Of a stretch of DNA of 64,000 bases, positions 12,969 to 25,750 are shown one piece after another (the stretch's first letter is position 1; every line of letters starts with the position of its first letter). A program made the position numbers and the translations under genes. The notes under the pieces are model-generated. The model had not been told where the DNA came from. It was given only the letters and a program-made list of their open reading frames with translations, and made no database searches. This DNA comes from Lama glama (Eukaryota), in NCBI GenBank assembly GCA_028534125.1, contig CM052817.1, forward strand, positions 12,216,001 through 12,280,000. Direction: 5' to 3'.

Positions 12969-14339
12969 GATGATTCTCTGAGTCAGCTGCTGCTGTAATT
13001 ATCCCTATTTCATTCATTACCAAATCTAGTCAGAGAAAGGGGGTAAGTCATTTTCCCAAGATTAAAACAGGAAAATGTGGAACCAGGATTTGAATTTGGC
13101 AACAAAATCCACTATCTTAGCTTCTGTATATACTATACCTTGATCCTGGGTTCTATTTCCTTTTCAGTTTGATTACTGAATTAGGTCCTTGTCGTGCCTG
13201 GATGAGTTTGATCGGCACACCACAAGCTCCTATGGTGAACAGAGCTGTGGGGGAAATATTGTCACTGGTTTCTATTTCACCAAAAGAAGCAGAGTGGCTA
13301 CTGGGACTAGAGGAATGATATCCTGGTAACATTTTCTGGTAATCTAAAAGTATAGAGTTCCAGACTCAGGTTGCCAGGGTTTGTGAATAGCAGCTAAACC
13401 TCTGGCAACATTCCAGGCTCTCAGCAGGACTGGAGATTTTGAATGGACCATATTTCTTTGTTGACTTTCTCAAAGTAAAATTAATCATGGCTGGACATTG
13501 TTTAGAAATGTCTGGGTGTATATTCACCAATAATTGATTTGTTTCCACATGAACACCTTGTTTTCCATGCAAATACTTCTCCTTGATGGGTGATTTTATT
13601 CCTCTTCGTGCATGCCAGGGGGCAGTGTGGTTTAATGGTAGTGATCATGTGTTTCTTGAGACCTTGTTCTTGTTCTCCGAAATCTGTGCTTATAATCTAT
13701 AGATGGATGGGGTATGAGTCTTTCTACGACTCTCAGTTAAGCCTAATTTCTAAAATTGAGAAGCAGAGAGCTTCTTAAATATTACACTATTTCTCCAGCC
13801 CAGGAACCCTAAGCAAATCTCACTTTTTGAGGATAGCTTTATCAACAGGAAGGTAGTGCAACAGTAACACAGAGTATAAATTTTAGAGAGTTAGTGTTGA
13901 ATACCTATTTAAACACCAGACTAAAATAAAGGCATAGCTAAGTGGAATCTAGCATTTATATAAATATCATTCATTAGCAGAGTGCTGAACCAAGAGATGT
14001 TGTAGAGTGGGATTAAGAGGAATTTAGTGACCCTTCAGGACTTTGGGATAACCATTGAGGACAATATGTCTTGACTATTTTTGACACTCCAAGGACTCAA
14101 TCCTTGAAATGCAGGGGCATCATGGCAAGAAAGACATTTGTCTTATGGATTGAGAGCTCCATATACAGCTGATGTGTTTTATCATGATTGTAGCTATCTT
14201 TCTATGAGCCCTCAAGGGTACATATACAAAGCAAATCTATTTGTTATTATTACTATTTGGCCTTGAGGAACTTCCTAGCCTATGAGTTTAAATTTATGTG
14301 AGTACAGAGGGCTTTTTTTATGTTCAATAACATGATGTG

Positions 14340-14535
14340 ATGGTTGAGTGTACTCCTGAAGTCAGATGCCTGGGTTTGAACACCTTCTCACCATTTACAA
14401 AGTGTGTGATGTGATCTTGGGTGAGTGAACCATCCTCTCATCTGTACAATGAGATCCATAGGGCCAATGAAAGGGTTAAGTGAGTTAATGTATGTAAAAC
14501 ATTTAGAAAGTGCCTGGTACCTAGTAAATGCTACA
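14340..14535 (+). mobile_element. MIR SINE
   Basis: GAAGTCAGATGCCTGGGTTTGAA..CTCATCTGTA..AAAACATTTAGAAAGTGCCTGGTACCTAGTAAATGCT. Confidence 0.8.
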
Positions 14536-15296
14536 TCAAATATAAGTGTTAATTATTGCAATTAGTATCCACAAAGTGAAGAATAAGAGCAGGTGGATGA
14601 GCCACTGTGACCTCTTTTGCCAGGTCTTTACCCTGATTGCCCTTGCAGTCTTTTCATGAAAAGAACCATAAGTTATTCTACGGAAAGATAGCAGCTCTTC
14701 TACGCACTCTATTCTGGATCTTCTTTGCTCTGGGCTCCACACTAGTTTCTGGTTGGAAATGGGTCCCTCTGAAGGGAAGTCAGTTCCAGGCCTGTCTTGC
14801 TGCAGCAACTCTGAAAGAGACTCATTGCAAAAAGGAAAGAAGCTATTCATGGAAAAGGGTTTTTAAAGCCTTATACCTCCTTCTAAATATTTGGCTCCCC
14901 AAAGTCTTGGTTCCTTTTTTTTTCTCCTAAGAATAAATTTGTCTATAATAGATACGTCTTTTCTATCTCCTTTTGGATAAAGGCAGAGACTCAGAAGAAG
15001 CACCATGTGAAGTCACCTTTACGTGTGAAGTCACCTTTATGTTAGAGTACAGGCACTAAAGGGAACAGTCAAAAGCATGTTCTGTGCTGCACTAAATGAC
15101 TGCACCACTGTGGCAGCTTCACTGTCAGATCTTGGTCACCCTACTTTTGATTTTGTTTTGATGATAAAAGTTTTAATTATTATAATCCTACAGCATATAT
15201 TTCAGAAACTTTTTTCTTTTGTTTTATTACATTTTATCCACCCCCTAGAAAATTCAAATGTTAAATCTTTAGTTTCGCAGACATACATTGTCATTG

Positions 15297-15802
15297 TCTT
15301 TTTTTTTCAGCTTTATTGAGATATAATTGACATACAACATTGTGGAAGTTTAAACTGTGCACCATGTTGATTTGATACACATATATTGCAAAATGATTAC
15401 CACCTCTATTACATCATAAAATTACCATTTCTTTTTTGTGATTAAAATATTTCAGATCTACTTACTCTCTTAGCAACTTTTAATATAGAAGGCAGTATCC
15501 TTAGCTATAATCACCATGCTGCACATTAGATCCTCAGAACTTATCTTGCAGCTGGAAGTTTGTACCCTTTGAGCAGTATCCCATTTCTCTCAGACTCCAG
15601 CCCCTGGTAACTACCGTTCTACTCTCTGTTTTTATAAGTTGGACTTTTTAAAAAATTTAGATTGCACATATAATTCATATGATACACTATTTGTCTTTCT
15701 CTGTCTGACTTCCTTCACTTAGCATAATGTCCTCAAGTTTCATCAATTTTATTGCAAACTGCAGGATCTCCTTCTTTCTTATGGTTGAGTAGTATTCCCT
15801 TG

Positions 15803-15849
<47 letters not shown>

Positions 15850-18030
15850 CATCACTTTTAGTTGTATGTTTATGGACAAAAGTTGTTTCTGTAATTAGGT
15901 TATTGTAAATGATGTGGCAATGAATATGGGAATGCAGATATATTTTTGAGGCCCTTTTTTAATTCCCTTTGGATATATCCCCAGAAGTAGAATTGCTGGA
16001 TCACATGGCAGTTCTAATTTTAATGTTCTGAACAACCTCCATGCTGTTTTCCACAGTGGATGCGCCAATTTGCATTCCTAGTAACAGTGCAAAAGAGTGC
16101 TCTTTTCTTCGCATTCTTATCCACGATTTGTTATCTGTTGTTTTTCTGATGATAGTCATTCTAAGGTGATATCTCATTGTAGTTTTGATATACATTTTCC
16201 TTATGATAAGTGTTGTTAAGCATATTTTCATGTACTTGTCAGCCATTTGTATGTGTCTTCTTTAGGAAAATACCTGTCTAGTCCCTCTGCAGATTTTATA
16301 AATGAATTGTTTGTTTAATTTCTATTAAGTTGCATGAGTTCTTTATATATATTGGATATTAATCCCTTATCAGATATGTGATTTACAAGTATTTTCTCCT
16401 TTCCATAGGTTGATTTTTATTTTTGTTGACTGTTTCTTTTGCTCTGCAGAAGCTTTTTAGTTTGCTGTAGTTCCATTTATTAATTTTTGCTTTTGTTGTA
16501 AAATTAGCTTTTTCCCTAAGTTTTTTTCTAGGAGTTTTATTGTTTCAGCTCTTATATTTACATCTGTAACCCATTTTGTGTTAATTTTTGTGAATGGTGT
16601 AAGTAGGGGCTCTGATTTCATTCTTCCGCATATGGTTATCCAGTTTTACCAACACCCTTGATTAAAGAGACTATCCTTTCCCTATTGTGTATTCTTGGCT
16701 CTCTTGTCAAATATTAATTGACCTCATATTTGAGGGTTTATTTCTGGGCTCTTGATTTTGCTCCACTGGAATATGTATTTATTTTTTGCAAATACCATAC
16801 TCTTTTGATTACTTTATCTTTCTGGGATAGATTGAAACTAGGAAGTGTGCTGCCTCTAGCTTTGTTCTTCTTTCACAAGATTGCTTTGGCTATTCTGGAT
16901 CTTTTGTGGATTCATATGAATTTTAGGATTATGTTTTCTAATTCTGTGAAAATGTCATTGGGATTTTGATAGGGATTGCATTGACTGTATAGATGACTTT
17001 CAGTAGTATGGACATTTTAACAATATGAATTCTTTTGATTCATAAACATAAGCTACCTTTCCATGCACTTGTGTCTTCAATAATTTCTTTCATTAAAATC
17101 TTGTGGTTTTCAGTGTACGAATCTTTCATCTCCTTGGTTAAATTTATTCCCATGTATTTTATTGTTTTTGATGCTATTGAGAATGCAATTTTTAAAAATT
17201 TCTTTTTCAGATGTCTTAATGTATAGAAAAACAGTTGTTTTCTGTATGTTTTCTGTATGGTTTTGTATTCTACAACTTTATTGAATTGCTTCTAAAAGTT
17301 TTTTGATGGAGTCTTTAGGAGTTTCTATACATAAAACCATAGAATCTGCAAGCAAAGACAATTTTACTTCTTTTCCTATTTGGATGTTTTTTATTTCTTT
17401 ATATTGATTGCTCTGGCTGTGCCTTCTAGTATTGTGTTGAATAGCTGTGGTGAGAGTGGGCACTTTTGTCTTGTTTCTAATCTTAAAGGAAGCCCTTTCA
17501 ATCTCTCACTTTTGAGAGTGATGCTGCCTGTGGGCTTATCATGTATGCCCTTTATTATGTTGACGTATATTCTACATCCAATTTGTTGAGTATTTTTATC
17601 ATAAAGGGTATTATATTTTGTCAAATGGCTTCTCTACATCTGTTGAGATGATGACATGAATTTTCTTTCTATTAATGTAATGTATCACATTTTGTGTGTG
17701 TGTTGATCATCTTTGCATTCCAGGGATAAATCCCACCTCATCATGGTTTATAAAACGTTTAATGTGTTGTTGAATACAGTTTGCTAATATTTTGTTAAGA
17801 ATGTTTGCAGCTATCTTCATCGAGAATGTTGGTCTGTAGTTTTCTTTCCTTGTAGAGCCCTTATTGGGCTTTAATATTCAGGTAATGCTGGCCTCATGAA
17901 ATGATTTTGGGAGTCTACCATCTCTTCTATTTTTGGGGAAGTGTTTGAGCAGGATTGTGATTAATTCTTCTTTAAAATGTCTGGTAATTCCGCAGTGAAG
18001 ATTGCCTAACCCTGGGCTCTTCTTGGTTGG
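15297..18030 (-). mobile_element. 5'-truncated LINE-1 (3' half of ORF2 plus 3' UTR), decayed
   Basis: ORF-track pieces match L1 ORF2: IHDKPTGSITLKSERLKGLPLRLETRQKCPLSPQLFNTILE (RT), EVKLSLLADSM (degenerate FADD motif), MYIKTTMRYHL (C-terminal region). 3' UTR and poly(A) at about 15300. Confidence 0.95.
15806..15847. repeat. (CA)n microsatellite inside L1
   Basis: Direct reading, about 21 units. Confidence 0.97.
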
Positions 18031-21000
18031 TTGGCTACCCTACTTTGAGTTCGGCAGGGTCAAATCCTTTTCCAGGCATATCTAGGTTCCAGGAATCTGC
18101 TTTTCTTTCATCTTGAGGGAAACTTAACTAACTCAGAGGTCTAAGAGACTGAAGAAGGTATGAAACCCTGCTTGTCCTATGCTCTTTTGCATGTAAAAAG
18201 AAACTGTTGAATGCAAGATCATATTAGGGAAGCAGTTGATTGACATTTTGGGTGTCCCATATATACTTTGTAAATACCACCAAGTTAAGGATCGGATACC
18301 ATGGTTTCAGGATTATAGTAAAGGATATAGTGCCCATGTCTAACGCATCAGTGATGCTGCAAATGAAATTTATGGGATTCAATCCAACTCAAGGTACTGG
18401 ATCCCATCCCAGTGATAAAATGTCTGTTACAACCATCAATGACACCCACTTTTAGTTGTTCAGAGCACTTCTTTTCATATGATCAAATGATCTGAAAATA
18501 AGAAAGATTGGAAGCATTTGAAAAGGTCAAATGTTTCTCAATTGCAATTTATTAGTTAAATGCATTCCGATCAATTAGAAGCCGTACACAACATGGTATC
18601 CCTATTCTCCTCTAAAACAACCTGATGAAGATTGAGGGATAGAATAATTTTGTAACTAGAGAAATCATTGCATTGACTGTAGAACCTATTAAAACTGTTT
18701 TTCTTTCTTAAATTTTTCATCAAGGAGTGTGTGTGTGTGTGTGGAATGAAACCAAGGAAGCAGAGTGACCTAGTGTTTTATTTGACAGCCATTCTAAACA
18801 AGATCAAAGCAGCATCTCTCTTCCACATGGGATAGATCTTTCCTGTGACTGGGCCGTATTTCGTTTTTAATAGGTTTTGAGTAAAACTACATCAATAATT
18901 TCAAAAAATAGAAATGACGGAATAAAGAAGATTCAAGGATGACTGAAAGCAATCTTTCAAAGGCACTGTTATAAATATTTAGTGTTTTCTGTTTCTATCT
19001 AATTCATAAATCTATGACTCAGAAATTTTTACTAAAATTCAAAAATGACTTCTCCAAATGCCATAGTTTTTGATAATAGTGCCTGAGTCAGTGTCCAAGT
19101 AAACACATTATCTCCCACTACACAGAGGAAATAGAGCATTAACATATGTTCTGCCAAGCAGGTTTCATAACCAGAGCCACCATCTTTTCCAATAAAATGA
19201 AACCCTAAAATGTCAATATGAATAAATTACAAATAACGAACTCTTCACTTATCTTTTATGCTTTGCCAAATACCAACTCAATTGAAATGCTGATATTTAG
19301 TAGAAAGAAGAAAGGGGATATCTTGAGGAAGAATCAAACGAACAAGGGTAGTAGGCTAGAATGTTTCTGTGTCAAATTCCATCCGAACAATCCTGTTTTT
19401 TTAAAGGTCGGAAGCCCATACATACTTGGAATTTTTGCTCTCTGCCTTTGATTTAAAGCGCAAAATCAAAAGCCTGTTCTATGAAAAGAAGTGCACTTGA
19501 GCAACCCAGGAATGTGCTGAAGCCTTTCTACAAATTAATCTCTTCTTTAGTGAAGTGAAACATCGGGACCATTCAGGGACACTGGGAGGGGCTCAGGGGC
19601 TTGAATTTGAGCCAGGCTTAATGAGAAGAGTTGGAGGCGAAATGGAATTGAACTGTACCTTATTAACTGGTGAAAGCTGGGAATGAGGTGGACTTACTGG
19701 CCAAGAATTCTTTCCCTTTGTTGCAGTTAACTACAGGGGATATTTTGAGGTAGTTTTCATGCTCTTTAAAGATCATGGTATATTTTAAAATTTTGTATGT
19801 TTTCAAAATTTTGAGATAATTCCTGAATTCTGGTTTCCAAATTTCCCACTGCCTTGAAGAGACACCAGTTTGTGTTTCATTGAGTTAACATGTATTTACT
19901 TGGCCATTGTATTAGAAATCTATATTGCTAGCCACTGTGTCAGGTGCTGGGGAAAACATGATGATAATTGCAGTCCTGTCTCACAGTGACTCACATTCCA
20001 GTGAGAAATGCTGGAATCTCTCAGTCCCCGCAGGAAAAGCAGAAACCATGAGGCCAAACATGCATCAGACATTCAGTTTAAGTCTGAGCAAATCATTTCT
20101 CTTAGGGACCATGACATATCTTTCCCAGAGAGACCCTTTCGTGGTGAAATGCTAGTGTATTCCATAAATTTCTCCTGTAGAAAAGTTGCTAGATAGGAAG
20201 CCTGGTATTATGAGAGTGAATGTTCAAATAGGGTTCAGGAAACCTGGATTTTCTGAGAAAGATCATCAGAAACCAGTTCCTAAAACATTCTGTGTAAATG
20301 CTCAGTGGATTTTGTTTTTTAAAATGGAGATGAGAACTGTTCTTCAGAGTTACCATGAAGGGAGTGCTGACAACATGCAGCAACAGCTTAGCACTGCAAA
20401 TTATTTGTTTAACAACTTCTGATCTTTCAGAAAATCCTAATTTTGATGGCCCTGTTCTCTCTTAAGAGCCTGACTGTTAAAATGTGTATAGGGGTGAAAT
20501 AATACTGTGCCTGGAAGGGCCATTAGATTGAGTGTGGAGTCATAGTTGTCACTTAAGAGCCTCTCCAGAGTGAAGGAGTGTCCAGAACTTGAGCAAACTT
20601 GGTTAGTAAGATGTGCACTGGGGTAGGGGAAGAAAAGCCTCTATGTTTGCTTTGTCTTCTCTGCTATTACTTTCCACTTATACCTTTACCTCATCTTTAA
20701 TGATGCATATATTAGAATAGTCAATTTATATATAGATTTTATTAATAAGTACACATAGATTAGGAGTACATGCTCAATTTTTCTTTATTGACAGAGTTTA
20801 TAGTCAATATAGTTAGGAGATTCCTGTTTTAGCAAAGAAACAACTAAACCAGTGGGAATATATTTCTCTTCAATCAAAAGCAATAGAATATCAAAACTAG
20901 TTTAATTAAAATTCTCTTTAACACGAGCCTAGAAAACCCTTCAGATATAAAGGCAGAGCTAATCTCTGTGGTTATTTGTCTATTTTGCTTGTATGGTCGG

Positions 21001-21109
21001 AAACCCTGATTTGAAGAAGTTTTCTGAAAGCTGGAAGCCTGTTTTTAACACCGGCTTTCAGAATTCTTTTACAAATTTGAAACCCATCAATGCATTCTCC
21101 AGAGTGTTT

Positions 21110-21563
21110 CTTGACTTTGTAGGATGTTTGTAGCTCCAGATCTTCTTTCCTTTCTTTCCACCTTATTGTGAGCTTTTGGGATGCTGCCCACTGTGACTGC
21201 TTCTGGCTTCTGTTTGCAATTTGCCACTGAGAAGCCCTGGCAAGGCCGAGTGGAGGAAGACAAAGTATGCTATATTTATGACCTCAACTCCCTCCTGATA
21301 AGGTGATGAGTTGGCAATGGCTGAATGGCCACAGCCTCCATCCAGTAGACCTCCCCTATAGGCAAAACTTGCCTGGTTCCTTGTGCTTGTCCCTCCCTTT
21401 GCTTCTTTAGGTTGAGAGAGGCTAAGAGCAATCTTGCCATTGCTGTATCATCTCTTGTTGGTTTCCTGAATCTTGCCCTTGGGTTCTAAGTAGATATATC
21501 ATTAAATTCTTCTTAATTGCCCCTTTTTGATTTACATCAGTTCCCTCTCAGGACCCTGATTGA
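21110..21563 (+). mobile_element. ERVL LTR (LTR33-like), decayed
   Basis: CTTCTGGCTTCTGTTTGCAATTTGCCA..CATTAAATTCTTCTTAATTGCCC..CAGGACCCTGATTGA. Confidence 0.5.
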
Positions 21564-24500
21564 GTTTCCAGTTCAATTCAACTTATATCTCTTACTAAAC
21601 TTTTAGCAAAAGATACATAGATGGATAACACACAGACCTGAATCTGCCAAATCTGGTTATGCCTCAAGTTTATTAGTTCTTATATTCAAAGAGAGTTTTT
21701 GATGTTGTTCTTGTTAAAGCAGAGTTTTTTTTTTAAAGAAAACATATATGAAAGCAATCTCTAAGTGGAAAATATTATGTCCCTGGTTTTCCTTACCCAT
21801 GCAAACATATCCCTAGAAAACGGGCAAGTAACCACTCAGAAAATTGCCTTTCAGGTCACATAACAAGAAAGGATATTATCCTATAAAGAAAAAATACAAA
21901 CCTATAGTGAAAACATACTTAGAAAAATAAGAGTGTATGTTTATTTAGAAACTAAGTGCCAGACCTGTCCTGGTGGAGTGAGTGGACCAATTTATTACAT
22001 TATAATTTACATGCAAAGAAATACAAATTTAGAAGAAAAATATGCCTTGTGTTAAAATCAGACTTTTGAACAAGTCTAATAACGCTACTATCAATGATAC
22101 TTCACATTTATTGAGTATTTATAATGTGCTTTATGTGTATTAACATACTTAGTTCTCATAACAACCCATAAAATATTATTTTTAATTCTCATTTTTTGTC
22201 AAAAAAACTGAAGACTAGAAGAGGAAATTCACTCGATAGGAAACTATACAATCTAGCTCCACATATAAGCTGATGATTTTAAAGATCAACAGAAAAAAAT
22301 AATGGTTACTTAACAAAAACTATTTCATGTTTAAAAATATTTTTTCCTCCTGCCCATCATGTGATACATTTGCCTTATTGTTAGAGTAACTCAAAAAGAG
22401 TGTTATGACTAGACTTCCTCTCGACTTTGAGAACACTTTTTTTTCAGCAGTTAAACAGTTGGATTATTTCAGAAAGAGAGAAAAAGGAATTCTACACTTC
22501 CTTTGAGATGTATTAAATGAATACATTTTTAAAAAGAGAGGTTTTGGCTTTTCAATAATTAGGATGTTAGTATAAAATTCATTTTTGAAGGAAATAAATG
22601 TACTCTTTCAAAGAAAAGACCCAATTTTCCAAAGCTTCTCCCAGTCTGGCCACATATCAGTGTCCAGGATGTCAACTGATAGTCTGGAATGCTTAAGAAG
22701 CAGAGACAAATATTTCAACCTAAGATTGCAATTGGAACTCAGCTTGAAGATTTACTCCATTTGAGAAGTTGTAAAGTCTCCTGGATGTTTAAAATATGTC
22801 ACACTGACTTTTTTTTTAAATCACAATCAACTATGAGTTTCATCCAGGAGAAAACAGATCTAGTTGGGGAATGGTGGCCCCAACTATGGTTGGATTATGT
22901 GATTTATTCTGCATGGAGTAAATGGGAGGGGCCAGATTGCTCTGGGTCTGGTCTGTTCTGATGCTGAGCAGGCCTTTGCCTTGCTCCTGATATCTGGCTT
23001 TGGACGTCTTTTGGCCGGGCTTTACTGTAGATCAAATACATTCCATCAGAAGATGTCTTACTAACTTTCTAGGATTACCCTGCATTTCTAAGACTGGAGT
23101 TCAGAATCTGTGGAAATAGCATTTCCCATAGAATGCTGAGTGTAAGAACTATCAAAGGAAAAAAAAACCAAAACAAAACAAAAACAGGAATGCATGTCAC
23201 ATGAGATCATTATTAGGAAGGAAAACCATTTCTGATGGAAAATTCCAAGCTCCCTTTGAACAACTGCCTTGGGAAATGTCCTTAGGAAATAGAAGTCTTG
23301 CTTCTAATATGTCATTAACTGTGCTTATGATTTCCTTTGAGTGTTTATAGGTAGAAGTCAGGGTGTGGAATGTACAAATATTACACAAAAATTACAGTAC
23401 AGTAATTGCTTCCTTTGCTAATCCACTCTGCAGAAAGTCATGAAACGCTGCAGTGGCATCTCTGGTATGCACGGAAACTTCAGCTTTTACCTTTATTTAA
23501 CCTCACAGTCTAGGTCTGACCCAGAATCTGCATCCAATGTATATTAAGACAAGCTTTTTGAGTGAATTTCACAATGTAGGATACTTGTGTTGTGGACAAG
23601 TTTGGAATCTCTCTGTTCCAGAAAGATCTTCCTCAGCCCTACTCATGCTTGACAATAGGAAGAGATATTGTCTACAGAAAAGGAGCCCAAAGTAATGTCC
23701 AGTTTTCCCTTGGGCTGTGCTCTACATGACCCATTGCTGATTTGTTGACTGAAGCTGTGTGCTGAGTTGGTGGAAGTCCAGCACTAATGGGGCCAAAGGT
23801 CACTGGTCTGGTTTATCTCTTGGGGCTGTTATTACTCCACCCCATCTGGCACAGTTACACCCTTTCCCATCAGGGTTATGGGGTTCTCAGAACTGACATG
23901 TGGCTTAGAGGAGTGAACCTGAAGCTCCAATCAGGTGGCTGAACTCTGGTGGCCAACTCAGCTGCTCTTCGCTCTGAGACCGTGAGCAAAATATTTAGGT
24001 CCTATCTCAGCCTCTATTTCCGTTTACAAAGGGCTTTTGGAAACATTTATGGTAATTTCACCAGCTAAATTCTTAGGCCATTGGTGGTGATGAATACAGT
24101 TTACAGTTCCTCTCGTCCCCATGCAGTGTCATACCTACTGTCAGATATAAAGGCAGAATTAGAGAAATCCTTATTGACTTATACTGGGCCCCAGAAGACT
24201 GAGTGGTGGCAAGTCTCTTCTATTCTATCAAATAATAATGGGAATAGTGGTAGTAGCAATAGAAGTAATATAGTAGTGGTAGAGCAGCTAATATATGCCA
24301 ACTGCATGACGTTTCTTTAAAGGTTATTATCTATTTTGATCCTCATCACAACCTTCCTAATCAGGTATTATGGCCAGTTTATGGCTAAGGAAATCAAAGG
24401 TAAGAACCCTGATGTTACTTGACCAAGGTCAACAGCAAAGAAGTGCCAGAACCAAGAATTGCTTAAGATTGGTTCCAAAGTTAATGTCGTTAACCATTAC

Positions 24501-25321
24501 AAAGCTGTCTGTATGTGGGCATTTCTAATATACAACTGTCTATTATTCAACCTGTTTGACTGCTGTAGAGTATTTGACAATGAATATGTGTCTAGTTTAG
24601 AAAATCAGGGGTTAAATAACTGAAGAGTTGAAAAAGTTGAATATGATTCTACATAAGTATTTTCCTTATCACTGGCCTCCTACCATGAAAGAGTTTCAGA
24701 AATTAAGAAAATATAAAACTGTCTAGCACCTATTTTCTTGATTTCCTTTAGGAACAAAATAAATCAGATTGTCCTTGGTTAATTTATACTCTTTGGGAAA
24801 AGATCTAGTTTGCTCTTGTTCAGATTTTCTGGTTACAGCTCGTTTCCATCCAAAGGTAGATTGATAAATTAACAAACTAAGACTGCACACAACCCTTAAA
24901 CTAACGCCATTCTTGAGTAAAAACACAGATGCTTCGAGCTCCTTTCCTTTCATTTGGTAAGGATCAATTTTGCTGACAGTTCTTCGTACCTTTAGGGTAT
25001 TATTGATCCAGCTTCCCACTCCACCAGATTTTTACTCAAAGCTGCCTAAAAAAAAAAAAAAAAAAAAAAAAATTCTTCTGTCTTTATAACTGGGACACCA
25101 GGAAGGAAGCAATTTATTGGGAAAGTTTTGTGATTTTTTTTGTTTGTTTTGTTTGTTTTGGTAATAACAATAGAGATTTATTACACACACTTGTACTTTA
25201 TGGTTAAAGGCATGCACTTTGATTTTCTAAACTCCTCCACCATTTGGCTTCCATTTTTTTTTCTCATACAGCCATGAAAATGCCCCCACAATCAAGACAT
25301 CTTTAAAATCAATACTATTGG

Positions 25322-25750
25322 TGCTATAGACCAAATTTTGTGTCACCAAAATACATGTGTTGAAGTCCTAATCTTCAATGTAACAGTGTTTACAGATAGG
25401 AGCTTTTAGGAGAGCATAAAGGACAAAAGAGGTAATAAGGGTGGAGTTTTAATCCTGCATTGGTGGCTTTATAAGAAGAGGAAGAGTGATTTCTTCCTCT
25501 CTCCCTCCTGTTCCTCCCCTCTCCTTACTGCCCCCACCCCCACCCTGTACTCACCTAGGAAAGGCCATGTGAGCCCTGGGAGTGACATTAGCCACGCACA
25601 AGCCAGGAAGAGAGCCCTCACCATACTGGACTTGGACTCCTTGGACTGGTCTTGGACATCTAGCCCCTAGAACTGTGGAAAATAGATCTGTGTTGTTTAA
25701 GCCACATAGGCTATGATGTTTCATTATGGCAATCCTAGAAAATTAATACA
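25322..25750 (+). mobile_element. MaLR solo LTR (MLT1A/B-like)
   Basis: TGCTATAGAC..TGTTGAAGTCCTAA..GGCCATGTGAG..CAAGCCAGGAAGAGAGCCCTCACCA..TGTTGTTTAAGCCAC..TAATACA. Confidence 0.88.

Noticed and set aside
14536..14930. Overlapping 97-104 aa ORFs and a minus-strand acceptor-like tract near 14810
   Set aside because: No recognisable protein and no convincing paired donor; compatible with chance.
15006..15041. 18-bp tandem duplication TGTGAAGTCACCTTTA(C/T)G
   Set aside because: Ordinary slippage duplication; two units, no spacers, not CRISPR-like.
16001..17624. ORFs with reverse-transcriptase-like motifs
   Set aside because: Fragments of decayed L1 ORF2 with the FADD motif mutated; not a retron or novel RT system.
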